64,000 bases of DNA, taken from contig CAOJJB010000001.1 of the NCBI GenBank assembly GCA_948436975.1, forward strand, positions 80,095-144,094, in the 5' to 3' direction. The first letter of the stretch is position 1. Each line of letters starts with the position of its first letter. A program made the translations under genes and the position numbers. Source of the stretch: an uncultured Clostridium sp. Its GTDB lineage: Bacteria; Bacillota; Clostridia; TANB77; CAG-508. The notes under the pieces are model-generated. The model saw only the letters and a list, made by a program, of their open reading frames with translations. It made no database searches and was not told where the DNA came from. This document shows, in pieces, positions 27,301 to 35,738 of this stretch.

Positions 27301-30300
27301 AGCAGATCAAAAATATTATAGTGCTAGAATATTAGCTGTTTTTGCTCCTGGTGATGGACAAAATAGAGCTGAGATGAGAGGATATGAGGAAACAGAAACT
27401 ACAAAAGTAGATTGGACATTAAATGCAATAGCAGATGTTAGTGTAAGTAAAACTGTTTATAAAAAAGCTAAAAGTGATAATACAAGTGCTAGTAATATAG
27501 ATTCAAAAAAGAAAAATAATGTAATACCATATGTAGATAGAAAAGATTGTGTTTATTTTAATATAACAATATCAAATAATGGAGCCCCAATATCTTTAAA
27601 GTTAACTGATACATATAATGCAAATCATTATGAATTTATTAGAATGTTTAAAGGGACTAATGCTAATGCAAGTAATGAAAGGGTACAAAAGACTTCTGGA
27701 AAATTGGAAAAAACAATTACAGTACCTACTGGAAATACAGTTTATACTGTTGTTCTTAGAATTAAAGAAAATCTTGCTATGAATCAACTGGATAAGAACT
27801 TAACTAATAAAGCTAAAATAAGTGATTTTAAAATAGGTAATAAACCTGTACAAAATAAAAGAGGAAATAAAGAGGAAGATTCTGACTATGTAAAATGTAA
27901 ACGTTATTCAATAGGTATAACCAAAGAGGCAGGAGATGTTTATGAGGTTGGAGATACTATAGACTATAAAATTAAAGTGAAAAATAAATCAACAGACAGT
28001 AAATATGGAGCAATAACATATAAAATTAAAGAAAGTATTCCAGATGGTTTTGAATACAAAGGCGGATTAAATAGCAGTTATGAAGCAAGTGGTACAGTAA
28101 AGGCTAAGAGTGGAGAAAATGAAAAAGATTATACTGTAAAAATGAGAGTAACAGATAAATTATTAAATACATCAGCAACAACTAGAAAAAATACAGTACA
28201 AATAACATCAGCTAAAAATAGAAATGGTGTAGAATTAAAAGGTAAATATTTAGAAAATTCAACTTTGAAAGCTGAAAAAACTGTAAAAATACTTGGATAC
28301 AATATGAGCATATCAAAAACAGTAGAAGTGGTATCGGACAATAAAGGAAATCCAACTGGAGATAACACGATGTGTGAATTAGGAGATATAATTACATACA
28401 AGATTGATATAAAAAATACAGGTACACAAGGTAATAGTGGAAATATTCATAATATTGTTTTAGAAGATATATTTAAAACTGAAGAACTTAAATTTATATC
28501 ATCAGAAGGTACAGGTTGGACACATGGAGCTAATTACACATATGCAGGACCACTGGCACCAGGAAGTACAGCAACATTAAAATTGAAATTTGAAGTTATA
28601 TTAGAAAGTAAGAAAAAAGTAAAAATTACAAATACAGGAAAAGTTACAAGTGCTACAAATAAAAATGGTATAAAATTAACACATATTGTACCAAAAGAAT
28701 CATCTGTATCAGTAGAATATCAAACATATGATATGGGAGTATGGAAATATATTACAAGTAGTAATTCAGTATCAATATCAGGTAGGGATAAAAAGACAAA
28801 TAAGGAAAAATATAATTCACCAATAGAAGTAGAGAAATATGATAATGTAGTATATACCTTAAAAGTTCAAAATACTGGAACAACAAAACTAAAAGACATA
28901 ACATTTGTAGATACATTAGAAAATGGTTTAAAATATAATTCAGAAATATCTATGAAGAAATATAATGGTCAAGGAAAAGAAGATTCAACAAGTTCTCAAA
29001 TTACACGAACAGTGAATAATAATGAAATTACATATTCATATCCAAATGAATTATTACCAAATGAGGCAATAGTAATAGAATTAAAATGCGATATTTCAAT
29101 GAGTAATATGTATTTATTAAATTTAAAAAATGAAATAAAACTAACTGTTGTTAAAAACAGAAACGATATAGATTTAGTAAAAAAAGATTTAGTAAATTAT
29201 ACAAATTATGAAAATGAGGATTATGTAAGATTAAAGAACTTAGTTATATCAGGAAAGGTTTGGATAGATAAAAATCAAGATGGTATAATGGATAGTGGGG
29301 AAGAAAATTTATCAGGAATTCAAGTAATACTTCATGATGATACAAATAAAAAAGTAGCAACAACATATACAACAACAGATGGTTCATATAAATTTTCAGA
29401 AACAACTGGAGTAACTGCAAATGGAAGTGCAAGTAATAAAAAAATGGTTGAAGGTGGAAATAATTCAGGAAGAGTTATTAAAGCAACAAATAGAGATGAT
29501 GCTACAGGAAACTATAATGAAAAAAGTCAGTATATAAACTATTATATAGAGTTTTATTATAATGGTGTAAAATATAATTCAACAGTTTATGCAGGAGATA
29601 ATGGAAAAGCTAATATAACGGGATCAGATAATTCGATATCAACAAATTATATGAAAGATTCAAATGCTTATGAATTTTCTGAAATAAGAGATGAACTTAA
29701 TAATAGTTTTGAAACTATACAATATAATTCTGGAATTAAAGGAATAGTAGAGGGAACTAATAATATTAAAAATATTTCTTATACTAAAGACAGACATAAT
29801 AGTACATTAGACTTTACAGAAACAGTAGGAATAAGTTCTTATAGTTTCATACAAAAAGGTAGACCATATAATAATCAGTTAGCAAATGGAAACAATATAA
29901 ACATGTTATTTTTCTCTCAAACAGGAGAAACAGAATATTTGAAATATATTAATTTAGGATTACAAGCAAGGGAACTAGATATAGAACTAAAGAATGATGT
30001 ATATAATTTAAAGACAACTGTAAATGGTATACAAATGAATTATGAATTTAATCAAGGAAAAGTACCTAATTCACCATATGGCGGAGAATATGTAACAGGT
30101 GGAGTAAATAAACCTATAAATTACACATTTAGGTTATATACTTCAGACTATTACTATAAACACACAATGTATGAAAATCAAGATGTTGTAAAATATAAAG
30201 AACATACAGAATTGAACACAGAAATAACATATAAAATGACTATAAAAAATAATAATACAAAATATGATAATAAAGCTTATACAAAAATAAGAGAAATAGT

Positions 30301-32965
30301 AAATTATTATAGTCCTGAATTTAAGAAATATGATCCAAATAATAATACTAAAGTTATAAAAGTACAAAAAGATGGATATTTAAAAGAAGAAACAATAAAT
30401 AAAGTACAAGCTAGATATGAATACATTAATAAAAATGGAGTTAAAACAACAGGAACAGCAACTTTAAGTAATACACCAATTTATTCAAGACATTCAAAAT
30501 TAAATATTGGACAAAAATATAATGTTATGTATCTAAGTGGATTTGATGATATAAAACTAGCAAGAGGAGAAGAACTAAATGTTTATATTACATTTGTAGT
30601 AGATACTGAGGATGGAACAGAAGCTACAAATTTAAAATTAGGAAATAAAAATAATATTGCAGAAATAAATGCATATTCAACATATTACGAAGAAGGAAAT
30701 AAAGCAGCAGGATTTATTGATATGAATTCAAATCCAGGTAACTTAGGATTAAAAACAGATTCAAATAAGCCAGCAGGAATTGAAAATGGAGATATAGAAG
30801 ATTATAGTAATTATGAAAATGATACTTATAAAACAGGTATAAGATTAGCAACTTCAAATATACCAGACAATCCACCAGACAATCCGCCAGATAATCCACC
30901 AGGTGGAGATTTGGAAAGAATTATAAGAGGTAGTGTTTGGGATGATGCTAGATCAGAAGTAATAGAAAAAGATAACAATAAACAATATATAGGAAATGGT
31001 TTAAAAAATGTAGGAACAAGCTTAGATAAGAGAATAGAAGAAGCAGCGTATAATAAAAAGCAAAATGGAAATAAAAAACTAGTAGATGAATCAAAAGATA
31101 GTCCTGTTGAAAATGTAAAAGTAACTTTACTAGAAATAGTAAAAATACCAAATAGTAACTCACAAGGTGAGAAGATTTATGAACAAAATATTTCTACATG
31201 GAGTGATGCTATTACAACAAGAAGAAGTGGAACTGATGGTTCATATGAATTGAAATCTTTCATTCCAGGAAGTTACATAGTAAGATTTGATTATGGTGAT
31301 GATAAATCTAATGAAGTATATAATGGACAGGAATATAAATCAACAAAATACTATAATGTAGATAATTTGATAACATCAGCACCAGATTCAGGAGATAAAG
31401 TATTAGCAAAACTTGAAGAAGAAAAATATTCTGATGCTAGAGATGATGAAATAAGAAGATTAGAAGTAATAAGATGGAGTGAAGTTGTAAATAACCAAAA
31501 AACAGCAGAAGCACAAAAACCAATAGATCATGATGCAGAATTCTTAAAAAATACTTGTATGAATGCTAATACAGTTACATTCCCTGTAAGAGCTGAAAAA
31601 ACAACATATGATAAATTACAATATAACTTTAATGAGTATAGTACAATGATGAAAAATAATTCTAGATATGAAATAAAAAATATAGATTTTGGTATAGAAT
31701 ATAGGCCAGAAACAAATGTATATATAAAAGAATTTATATCAAGAATCCAATTGACAACTTCTGATGGAAAAACTTTGGCAGATATAAAATTTGATAATGT
31801 TTATGAAGAAAATACAAAAATAATTATAGGTACAACTTTAAATGAAAAAGATTCAATTGGACATGAGAATTTACAATACTTACCAACAGCACAAAATGTA
31901 AAAGGTTTAGCTTATTTAAATGTTGATGAAGATTTATTACAAGGATGCACAGTAGATATAACATATGTTTTCTCTGTACATAATGATAGTGAGGTAGACA
32001 GAATCAATAAAAGGTTGTATAATTTAAGATATAAACAAGATGCTAATGGTTATGAAGAATATTTCGATGATGATTATACAGCAGCGGGAACAGCTAGAAA
32101 TGAGTTATACAGTAAGTATTATGTACCAAATACATCATATAGAACTAAAGATAAATTATCATTTAATGGAACTGATGGATATTATGGAAAATACTTAGGA
32201 GAAACATATTATTCAGGAAAAGTAGGTTCAGAAGATATAGTGGCAGAATTAAAAGTCGATAAAATATTAGATTATGTAGATAATCACATGACAATGGAAA
32301 CAAGTAAAAATGCAGTAACAGATCAATATTGGAGAACAATGACAGATGAAGAGTTAAAAGATGGTGGATTACTATCAGGAACTATATATTCAGAAGTAGT
32401 AGAGAAATTAAAAGAAAATGGAGAAATTCTAGAAAAAGTATATAATAAATTAATAGATGTTAATGGAATTGCATACGATATAAGTGAAAAACATAATTTA
32501 GCAATATCAGTAGATGATAGAATGTCTGCAAATGATAGTAATAATATGAATAAACTTTTATCTATATTCTTAAAACCAAAAGTTGCAAATAAAACTGAAT
32601 GTGCAGGAAATATATATATGGTATCTTCAAAAGTGCTTTCAGGTGAAAGTGAAACTGAAAATATGACATATGATAATAGTTCTGAAATAATTCAATATAC
32701 ATCAGTAACTGGTAGAGTAACTAGACTTGGAACAACAGTTGGAAATCTAGAAATGAAGACAGAAGGTAGGACATATGAAGATGACTCTGACTTTACAGAA
32801 AGAGTAATATTAACTCCACCTACTGGACTAGAAATAACTAAATATTATATAAGTCTAGCGATGGATCAAATAATAATTGTTACTATATGTATAGGTGTTA
32901 TTATAGTAGCAATAATACTAAAGAAAAATATTAAACATATCAGTTTTAAGAAATTTTATAAATAA
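21371..32965 (+). CDS. Giant (3864 aa) surface adhesin-like protein with DUF11-type repeat domains and SdrD-B-like domains; contains an internal sorting-signal/signal-peptide junction
   Basis: N-terminal signal peptide. DUF11-like motifs include GQILRYNVVVTNKSNKPITNINLKG, GDEILYNIEIQNVGFA, GDTIDYKIKVKNKS, GDIITYKIDIKNTGTQ and YDNVVYTLKVQNTGTTKLKDITFVDTL. SdrD-B-like motifs include ISGKAWLDDNKDGLYDNEE...TNDDGEYIFNNLEEGKYVV, ISGKVWIDKNQDGIMDSGEE...TTDGSYKF and IRGSVWDD...GTDGSYELKSFIPGSYIVRF. An acidic linker spans about 25075..25345 and a (PDNP)x3 repeat spans 30863..30901. The C-terminus reads TPPTG (32813..32827), then a TM and the tail KKNIKHISFKKFYK. Confidence 0.8.
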   Translation: MKRKKNMLKRILVIAFLLSILSNHLMILGEVANIALATDVEWKSDFTSDINTDNSQEKNIEEEGEKSDSSEEILEEPNNTVSDDIPENEVIVEDTTSEENEKSDESIQDKTLTEDEIKKLQEIKVDTELEVNKVIRFDNEVEKGVLADVILKFNIDTKEFTIDNMNINFELPNILGILPNKFKFEEMSDNISFSREDGTNRISLNAKDVLNNNEEVRLILVYSEDAFDGKEIKILGDVILEKAGYPINQSFEANKELPDSTEIFATYGIKSENASKYKGYLYANTVLENKKDFPYTIVDVIDIKDKDFIDEIIVENNIDKIVLDTKEIDLINLVTYKSTSINVEEFNSILGEDGYIEIYNQLNEKIGEINKETQIRNNSYVFDYSVDVDRVTFKIKNIKENQTLNIKNEKIIKGTDTFSRDYVKSFKTIKSQTINKVAKIIDDNEVVVQSINTENNINLEETESKMTLEMSTKDLITTDTNEVTFTTVLKNNEEAYELFRNPVISIELPEAVESAEIKNVNLLYKNGLSLENWNVIKNEHGLNEIQVALSGTQNEYEPGTLIEGTTVLVTADLHLNKITANGKSTVKLRYTNEIGTNISYAVVGKNSEDIEVNYVSRSGILKETKLENFNKENEVLVGYDDQSIIGKIDTDTVAKTAKVSTVIMNNYNNDIRNVEIVGKIPFVGNTKDGVDLNTTFNTSLADKIDLNGLVGKVYYSYEEDPDRVNGNWMETVNDFSQVKSFKVILNNSSMKVGEQVEVSYNLNIPENVGYNETAYNLFTTYYNLNNEEISDSSIVGLETEVKDIQIEDCQVVEETPELTIGTQVTRAGTALEENEEVNEGQILRYNVVVTNKSNKPITNINLKGLAENTNSYYWHTFTITSSTDGEETLTGEWKEDLEGKHLYEELKIETLAPGETANFEYQVKVKHLNEIKNPEIYGKVLISADGIEEKEYNTIKNKIRKAKIELSVTRNGHENANLMIINSNDMYNLTATVKNISGMDLKDVKVNVMLPELIEYSSTETEIYNMNNSAIITSENISTGTMVTFSLPTMTKDEIIKLNIAANTGSIDLNLSETTVTVIGNANIDGQLYLSNDYTRTVTQSETSFKINYTSNPENGSIVKHGDEILYNIEIQNVGFASALLDFTDFLPFGLNINSAIVSFPNGRQENLEITEYNYFMVDYILKPQESVIINVSSNVNIEDLRTNQKTIENRLELEPTANVNDIEDIIFYIDPSQLIPDEEDNNVNNDDNIPSDDDNIEEPDFPLDEDNENKEDNNQTEEDNNINEEINNNTQDNDVKDDTKGDIENNIIQDDTNDTVKDNESELDFFIDNKENINKDRVEETVNSIKYSISGKAWLDDNKDGLYDNEELLKNTTVMLFKIDSLSYANVKDSNLINKISTNDDGEYIFNNLEEGKYVVAFEYDSVKYEVTTYQTNEKSASKNSKVISKELVINNDKRLYAVSDIIDISNKNIININMGLKEKSDFDMGITTYVKKVTIENQKGIQTEEFCETDRIAKIEIPSKQLNASKVQIEYIVKVTNNGKMAGYVNQIANYIPKGLNFDNSQNLNWQLGQDGVLYSSSLNKVLIDPGDSKEIVLILTKAMNENSTGIYKNIAEIVEATNDLQLEDYNQNNNSSTVELLLSIKTGAIYYILVIIIALAIAFIAMLIVSKLIKNDRTKINFINKIIIVVSLIVIISLCIIIKVYGADYTIGTTDGNFISCWPITKFITHNFQLKQTVGLNEVNTDYWNVKTDMCIAGADISGLSASTSRYIASITDIRNKTQFTTKSIKGSKTNKTPAAARLAYLSYVAETGKKYDGSTYSSDIALGAYKSMFTVYWWYDRAGLDKVFNVTFSGNPQVEYEGNIPSANAFLEDAKTYANNLTAAGTVSNTTNKTKLEYVSSKDAFGPIKCKFPNNAVLQIAKDGRNFTNYSGKIKNSSGAEVNYNSTNFKNFNDKNFYIPMSELKNVDLTKVKIRIKADQKYYSARILAVFAPGDGQNRAEMRGYEETETTKVDWTLNAIADVSVSKTVYKKAKSDNTSASNIDSKKKNNVIPYVDRKDCVYFNITISNNGAPISLKLTDTYNANHYEFIRMFKGTNANASNERVQKTSGKLEKTITVPTGNTVYTVVLRIKENLAMNQLDKNLTNKAKISDFKIGNKPVQNKRGNKEEDSDYVKCKRYSIGITKEAGDVYEVGDTIDYKIKVKNKSTDSKYGAITYKIKESIPDGFEYKGGLNSSYEASGTVKAKSGENEKDYTVKMRVTDKLLNTSATTRKNTVQITSAKNRNGVELKGKYLENSTLKAEKTVKILGYNMSISKTVEVVSDNKGNPTGDNTMCELGDIITYKIDIKNTGTQGNSGNIHNIVLEDIFKTEELKFISSEGTGWTHGANYTYAGPLAPGSTATLKLKFEVILESKKKVKITNTGKVTSATNKNGIKLTHIVPKESSVSVEYQTYDMGVWKYITSSNSVSISGRDKKTNKEKYNSPIEVEKYDNVVYTLKVQNTGTTKLKDITFVDTLENGLKYNSEISMKKYNGQGKEDSTSSQITRTVNNNEITYSYPNELLPNEAIVIELKCDISMSNMYLLNLKNEIKLTVVKNRNDIDLVKKDLVNYTNYENEDYVRLKNLVISGKVWIDKNQDGIMDSGEENLSGIQVILHDDTNKKVATTYTTTDGSYKFSETTGVTANGSASNKKMVEGGNNSGRVIKATNRDDATGNYNEKSQYINYYIEFYYNGVKYNSTVYAGDNGKANITGSDNSISTNYMKDSNAYEFSEIRDELNNSFETIQYNSGIKGIVEGTNNIKNISYTKDRHNSTLDFTETVGISSYSFIQKGRPYNNQLANGNNINMLFFSQTGETEYLKYINLGLQARELDIELKNDVYNLKTTVNGIQMNYEFNQGKVPNSPYGGEYVTGGVNKPINYTFRLYTSDYYYKHTMYENQDVVKYKEHTELNTEITYKMTIKNNNTKYDNKAYTKIREIVNYYSPEFKKYDPNNNTKVIKVQKDGYLKEETINKVQARYEYINKNGVKTTGTATLSNTPIYSRHSKLNIGQKYNVMYLSGFDDIKLARGEELNVYITFVVDTEDGTEATNLKLGNKNNIAEINAYSTYYEEGNKAAGFIDMNSNPGNLGLKTDSNKPAGIENGDIEDYSNYENDTYKTGIRLATSNIPDNPPDNPPDNPPGGDLERIIRGSVWDDARSEVIEKDNNKQYIGNGLKNVGTSLDKRIEEAAYNKKQNGNKKLVDESKDSPVENVKVTLLEIVKIPNSNSQGEKIYEQNISTWSDAITTRRSGTDGSYELKSFIPGSYIVRFDYGDDKSNEVYNGQEYKSTKYYNVDNLITSAPDSGDKVLAKLEEEKYSDARDDEIRRLEVIRWSEVVNNQKTAEAQKPIDHDAEFLKNTCMNANTVTFPVRAEKTTYDKLQYNFNEYSTMMKNNSRYEIKNIDFGIEYRPETNVYIKEFISRIQLTTSDGKTLADIKFDNVYEENTKIIIGTTLNEKDSIGHENLQYLPTAQNVKGLAYLNVDEDLLQGCTVDITYVFSVHNDSEVDRINKRLYNLRYKQDANGYEEYFDDDYTAAGTARNELYSKYYVPNTSYRTKDKLSFNGTDGYYGKYLGETYYSGKVGSEDIVAELKVDKILDYVDNHMTMETSKNAVTDQYWRTMTDEELKDGGLLSGTIYSEVVEKLKENGEILEKVYNKLIDVNGIAYDISEKHNLAISVDDRMSANDSNNMNKLLSIFLKPKVANKTECAGNIYMVSSKVLSGESETENMTYDNSSEIIQYTSVTGRVTRLGTTVGNLEMKTEGRTYEDDSDFTERVILTPPTGLEITKYYISLAMDQIIIVTICIGVIIVAIILKKNIKHISFKKFYK
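26294..26488 (+). other. Internal junction: sorting-signal-like (SIKTG + TM + basic) followed immediately by a signal-peptide-like segment (basic n-region + h-region + VYG|A)
   Basis: aa 1642-1706 read SIKTG-AIYYILVIIIALAIAFIAMLIV-SKLIKNDRTKINFINK-IIIVVSLIVIISLCIII-KVYG|ADYTIG. All of this is in frame, with no stop, ATG or RBS in between. Confidence 0.65.
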
Positions 32966-33079
32966 TGATCAAAGGTGATCAATGGGACGTCCAAAATGCT
33001 TAAAATAAGCAGAATGTACGTCCCAATGCTTACCATTTTACAGATATTACCTTTGTTCAAATAAAAAAGGGAGAAGTAT

Positions 33080-34231
33080 ATGAATAAAAAAGATTGGAAA
33101 AAGTGGTTGTTTTGGTTTTCTTTTGCAGTTGCTTCAATAGTTGTATATAAGACTATTGATAGTGTTTCTTCTATAATTTCTGGAATAGGGAACTTTTTTG
33201 GATTAATAATGCCATTTTTTATGGCTTTACTTGTAGCATATATTTTGTATATGCCATGTAAAACTATAGAAAATGTGGTAAAGAAAACTAAATTTAATTT
33301 TTTAAAAAAACGTTCACGAGGATTGAGTGTTTTAATAGTGTATTTTATTACAGCACTTATAATATTTATAATAATTAATTTTATTATTCCAACTGTAAAA
33401 ACTAGTATAATAGATTTAGTAGAGAATTTACCAAATTATTATAATAGTGCAATAGAATATGTTGACAACTTAGATGAAGATTCTATGTTAGCTAAGTTAA
33501 ATATACATGAATATATAAATAATTTAAAAGAAATTAATATAGGAAAAGAAATAGTAAATTGGATAAATATGGATAATATTAATTCTTATATAAAAGGAAT
33601 AGTAGGAGCAGCTAATATTGTTTTTAATATATTCGTTACAATTGTAGTTTCAGTATATATACTACTTGAAAGATCAGATATTAGAAATTTTTTAGAAAAT
33701 CTTTCTAAAGCTATATTTGATAAAAAAGCTAACATGACTATTGCAAGATATTATAGAAAAACAAATAGTATATTTTTTAATTTTATAGCAAGTCAAGTAA
33801 TAGATGCTATTATTGTTGGAATAATAACTTCAATAGCAATGAGTATAATGAGAATAAAATATGCTGTATTACTAGGCTTATTGATAGGATTATTTAATAT
33901 AATTCCATATTTTGGAGCAATAATTGCAGTAGCTATATCACTTGTAATAACAGTATTTACAGGTGGATTTATGCAAGCTATTTGGCTTGGAATTGTAGTT
34001 ATAATATTACAACAAATTGATGCTAATATTATTAATCCTAAAATATTAGGTAACTCACTAAATTTAAGTCCTATTTTAGTTATATTTGCGGTAACAGTTG
34101 GTGGAACATATTTTGGAGTATTAGGAATGTTTTTAGGAGTACCAATAGCAGCTTTTATAAAATTAATACTTGGGGATTTTATAGATTATAAGAATAAAAA
34201 GGGATTTTTAGATAAAGTACAAGCAAAATAG
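33080..34231 (+). CDS. AI-2E family transporter (PerM/YhhT, UPF0118)
   Basis: Multi-TM protein. The segments NIIPYFGAIIAVAISLV and LNLSPILVIFAVTVGGTYFGVLGMFLGVPIAA are typical of the family. RBS agggag lies upstream. Confidence 0.85.
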   Translation: MNKKDWKKWLFWFSFAVASIVVYKTIDSVSSIISGIGNFFGLIMPFFMALLVAYILYMPCKTIENVVKKTKFNFLKKRSRGLSVLIVYFITALIIFIIINFIIPTVKTSIIDLVENLPNYYNSAIEYVDNLDEDSMLAKLNIHEYINNLKEINIGKEIVNWINMDNINSYIKGIVGAANIVFNIFVTIVVSVYILLERSDIRNFLENLSKAIFDKKANMTIARYYRKTNSIFFNFIASQVIDAIIVGIITSIAMSIMRIKYAVLLGLLIGLFNIIPYFGAIIAVAISLVITVFTGGFMQAIWLGIVVIILQQIDANIINPKILGNSLNLSPILVIFAVTVGGTYFGVLGMFLGVPIAAFIKLILGDFIDYKNKKGFLDKVQAK

Positions 34232-34258
34232 AACAGTAAGATGTTATATATTTTATTA

Positions 34259-34305
34259 AACTCCAGACCTATAATTTTTTAGGACTGGAGTTATTATTTT
34301 TTTAT
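34259..34305. terminator. Bidirectional terminator between convergent genes
   Basis: aactccagacct (34259..34270) pairs with aggactggagtt (34281..34292) with 1 mismatch. The hairpin is flanked by a T-rich tract downstream and an A-rich tract upstream. Confidence 0.7.
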
Positions 34306-34317
34306 TACTTAATTTAG

Positions 34318-34917
34318 TTATGTTATAATATTAAAGGAATTTACAACTTCAGTAATGATATTCGTGTATAGGTTTAAATTCTCTAAAGGAAATTCTATAT
34401 CAAAAATATAGTATCTATTATTGTATTGTAACCAAATAACTTGTAGATAAAAAGGTGTGCTGGTTGAAGAGTCTAAATAATGAAAACTATAAGTGTAAGC
34501 TGTATTATTTTGTATAGAAAATTCTGTTATATCTGATAAATTTGAATAGGTTTTATATTCTTCAATATAAGATCTTAAATCAGCAGATACAATTTCATCT
34601 AAAGTACGATTTTCTATTAAATCTTTATGTGATATAAAAATATTTAAGTTATTAGGTGATCGCAATTCTATTAAATAATCATTTAAGGATTTATATTGTG
34701 ATAGTTCATATTGTTTTGATAATTCTATACTAATTGTTTTATTAATATCATAAAAAACTGAGTTAGGATTTTGATCATCTGTTGTAATATTGTTCTTCTT
34801 AAAAAATATATTGGATAATATTTCTGAAATAACAATGATTATAAATAAAATAAGTATAATTGCTAGTATTAATTTTTTCATATTTAGTTGTTTATGATAT
34901 TCAAAAATTTCATTCAT
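34318..34917 (-). CDS. Hypothetical membrane-anchored protein (199 aa)
   Basis: GAGGAG lies 6 nt upstream of the ATG on the minus strand. A TM segment (KKLILAIILILFIIIVISEIL) is followed by an extracytoplasmic domain of about 150 aa. I recognised no family. Confidence 0.6.
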   Translation of the reverse strand: MNEIFEYHKQLNMKKLILAIILILFIIIVISEILSNIFFKKNNITTDDQNPNSVFYDINKTISIELSKQYELSQYKSLNDYLIELRSPNNLNIFISHKDLIENRTLDEIVSADLRSYIEEYKTYSNLSDITEFSIQNNTAYTYSFHYLDSSTSTPFYLQVIWLQYNNRYYIFDIEFPLENLNLYTNIITEVVNSFNIIT

Positions 34918-35054
34918 ATTTTTCTCCTCTATTTATTATATAATAGTAAATTTTTTCAAAAAAATCAACTGTTTATTTATATTAAATATTGTAAATATGG
35001 TTTTATCTTGTTATAATAAATATGTAAATAAAAAAAAGAAGGAGTTGAGTTGTC

Positions 35055-35261
35055 ATGTGTGATGAAAAAATTCAAGCAATTCAAGATGTTATAAAAATGA
35101 CGTCTAGATTAGATTTAGAATGTTTAAATTCTATTAAAATTTTAATGGAAAAGGCAATTGATTCCGAATTATTTAGACTTAAACCTAATGTTAATTTGCA
35201 AGAAATGGATATTGATGAAAAAGTTATTTTGTTGGATAGTTTAATAGAAAACAAGAAATAA
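35055..35261 (+). CDS. Small hypothetical protein (68 aa)
   Basis: AAGGAG lies about 11 nt upstream. The composition is helical and no motif was recognised. A hairpin terminator follows at about 35375..35406. Confidence 0.4.
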   Translation: MCDEKIQAIQDVIKMTSRLDLECLNSIKILMEKAIDSELFRLKPNVNLQEMDIDEKVILLDSLIENKK

Positions 35262-35374
35262 TAAGTTAAATCACTTGAAAAATCTAACAGTTTCTATCAA
35301 TAAAGCAAAAGAAGCTGTTGCAAAGGATGAGAAAGGCTATAATACTATAATACGGCGAAGTAAAAGAGAGGATA

Positions 35375-35406
35375 GGGGGTACCTAGAAGGTTACCCTCTT
35401 TTTTCT
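35375..35406 (+). terminator. Rho-independent terminator (bulged GC-rich stem plus T-run)
   Basis: gggggtacc pairs with ggttaccctc, with loop tagaa, followed by ttttttc. Confidence 0.6.
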
Positions 35407-35497
35407 ATTTATATAGAATTTTTTAGAAGAATTATAATAGTAAAATAGATTAAAACTTTAAACATCTTATTTCCCTAAGAAAAAAAGCAAAAAGTGC

Positions 35498-35527
35498 TTG
35501 ACTTAAGTGTACTAGTTGATATATAAT
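35498..35527 (+). promoter_or_regulatory. Sigma-A promoter of rpoB-rpoC, with a leader of about 200 nt
   Basis: TTGACT (35498..35503), an 18-nt spacer, then TATAAT (35522..35527). The leader 35535..35738 contains several hairpins, for example tttgggag/ctctcaaa and actattt/aaatagt followed by a T-run. Confidence 0.65.
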
Positions 35528-35738
35528 ATTGTAGTAAATTTGGGAGTTAGGCGCGTTTTTGCTCTCAAAAAAGTATTACAAAAGTTTAATAAGAGGAATT
35601 GAATAAGAGTGGAACTATTTGAAAATAGTGTTTTTTGGCAGGGACACTGTTTGAAAATAACAACCTTTTATTACAAGAGGGACTTATTAAATATTTAAAT
35701 ACAACCTGCTAAATATTAAAAGAAGGTGGGATTTTATT

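Noticed and set aside
26486-27400. A thioester (TED) adhesin domain at the start of the second half of the 3864-aa protein, suggested by the Cys in DMCIAG
   Set aside because: I could not find the partner Gln motif (TQxA(I/V)W-like) downstream, so the call is unsupported.
35285-35406. A possible small RNA (hairpin aacagtttct/agaagctgtt plus a terminator) downstream of the 68-aa ORF
   Set aside because: It is more simply explained as the 3' UTR and terminator of that ORF. No independent promoter was seen.
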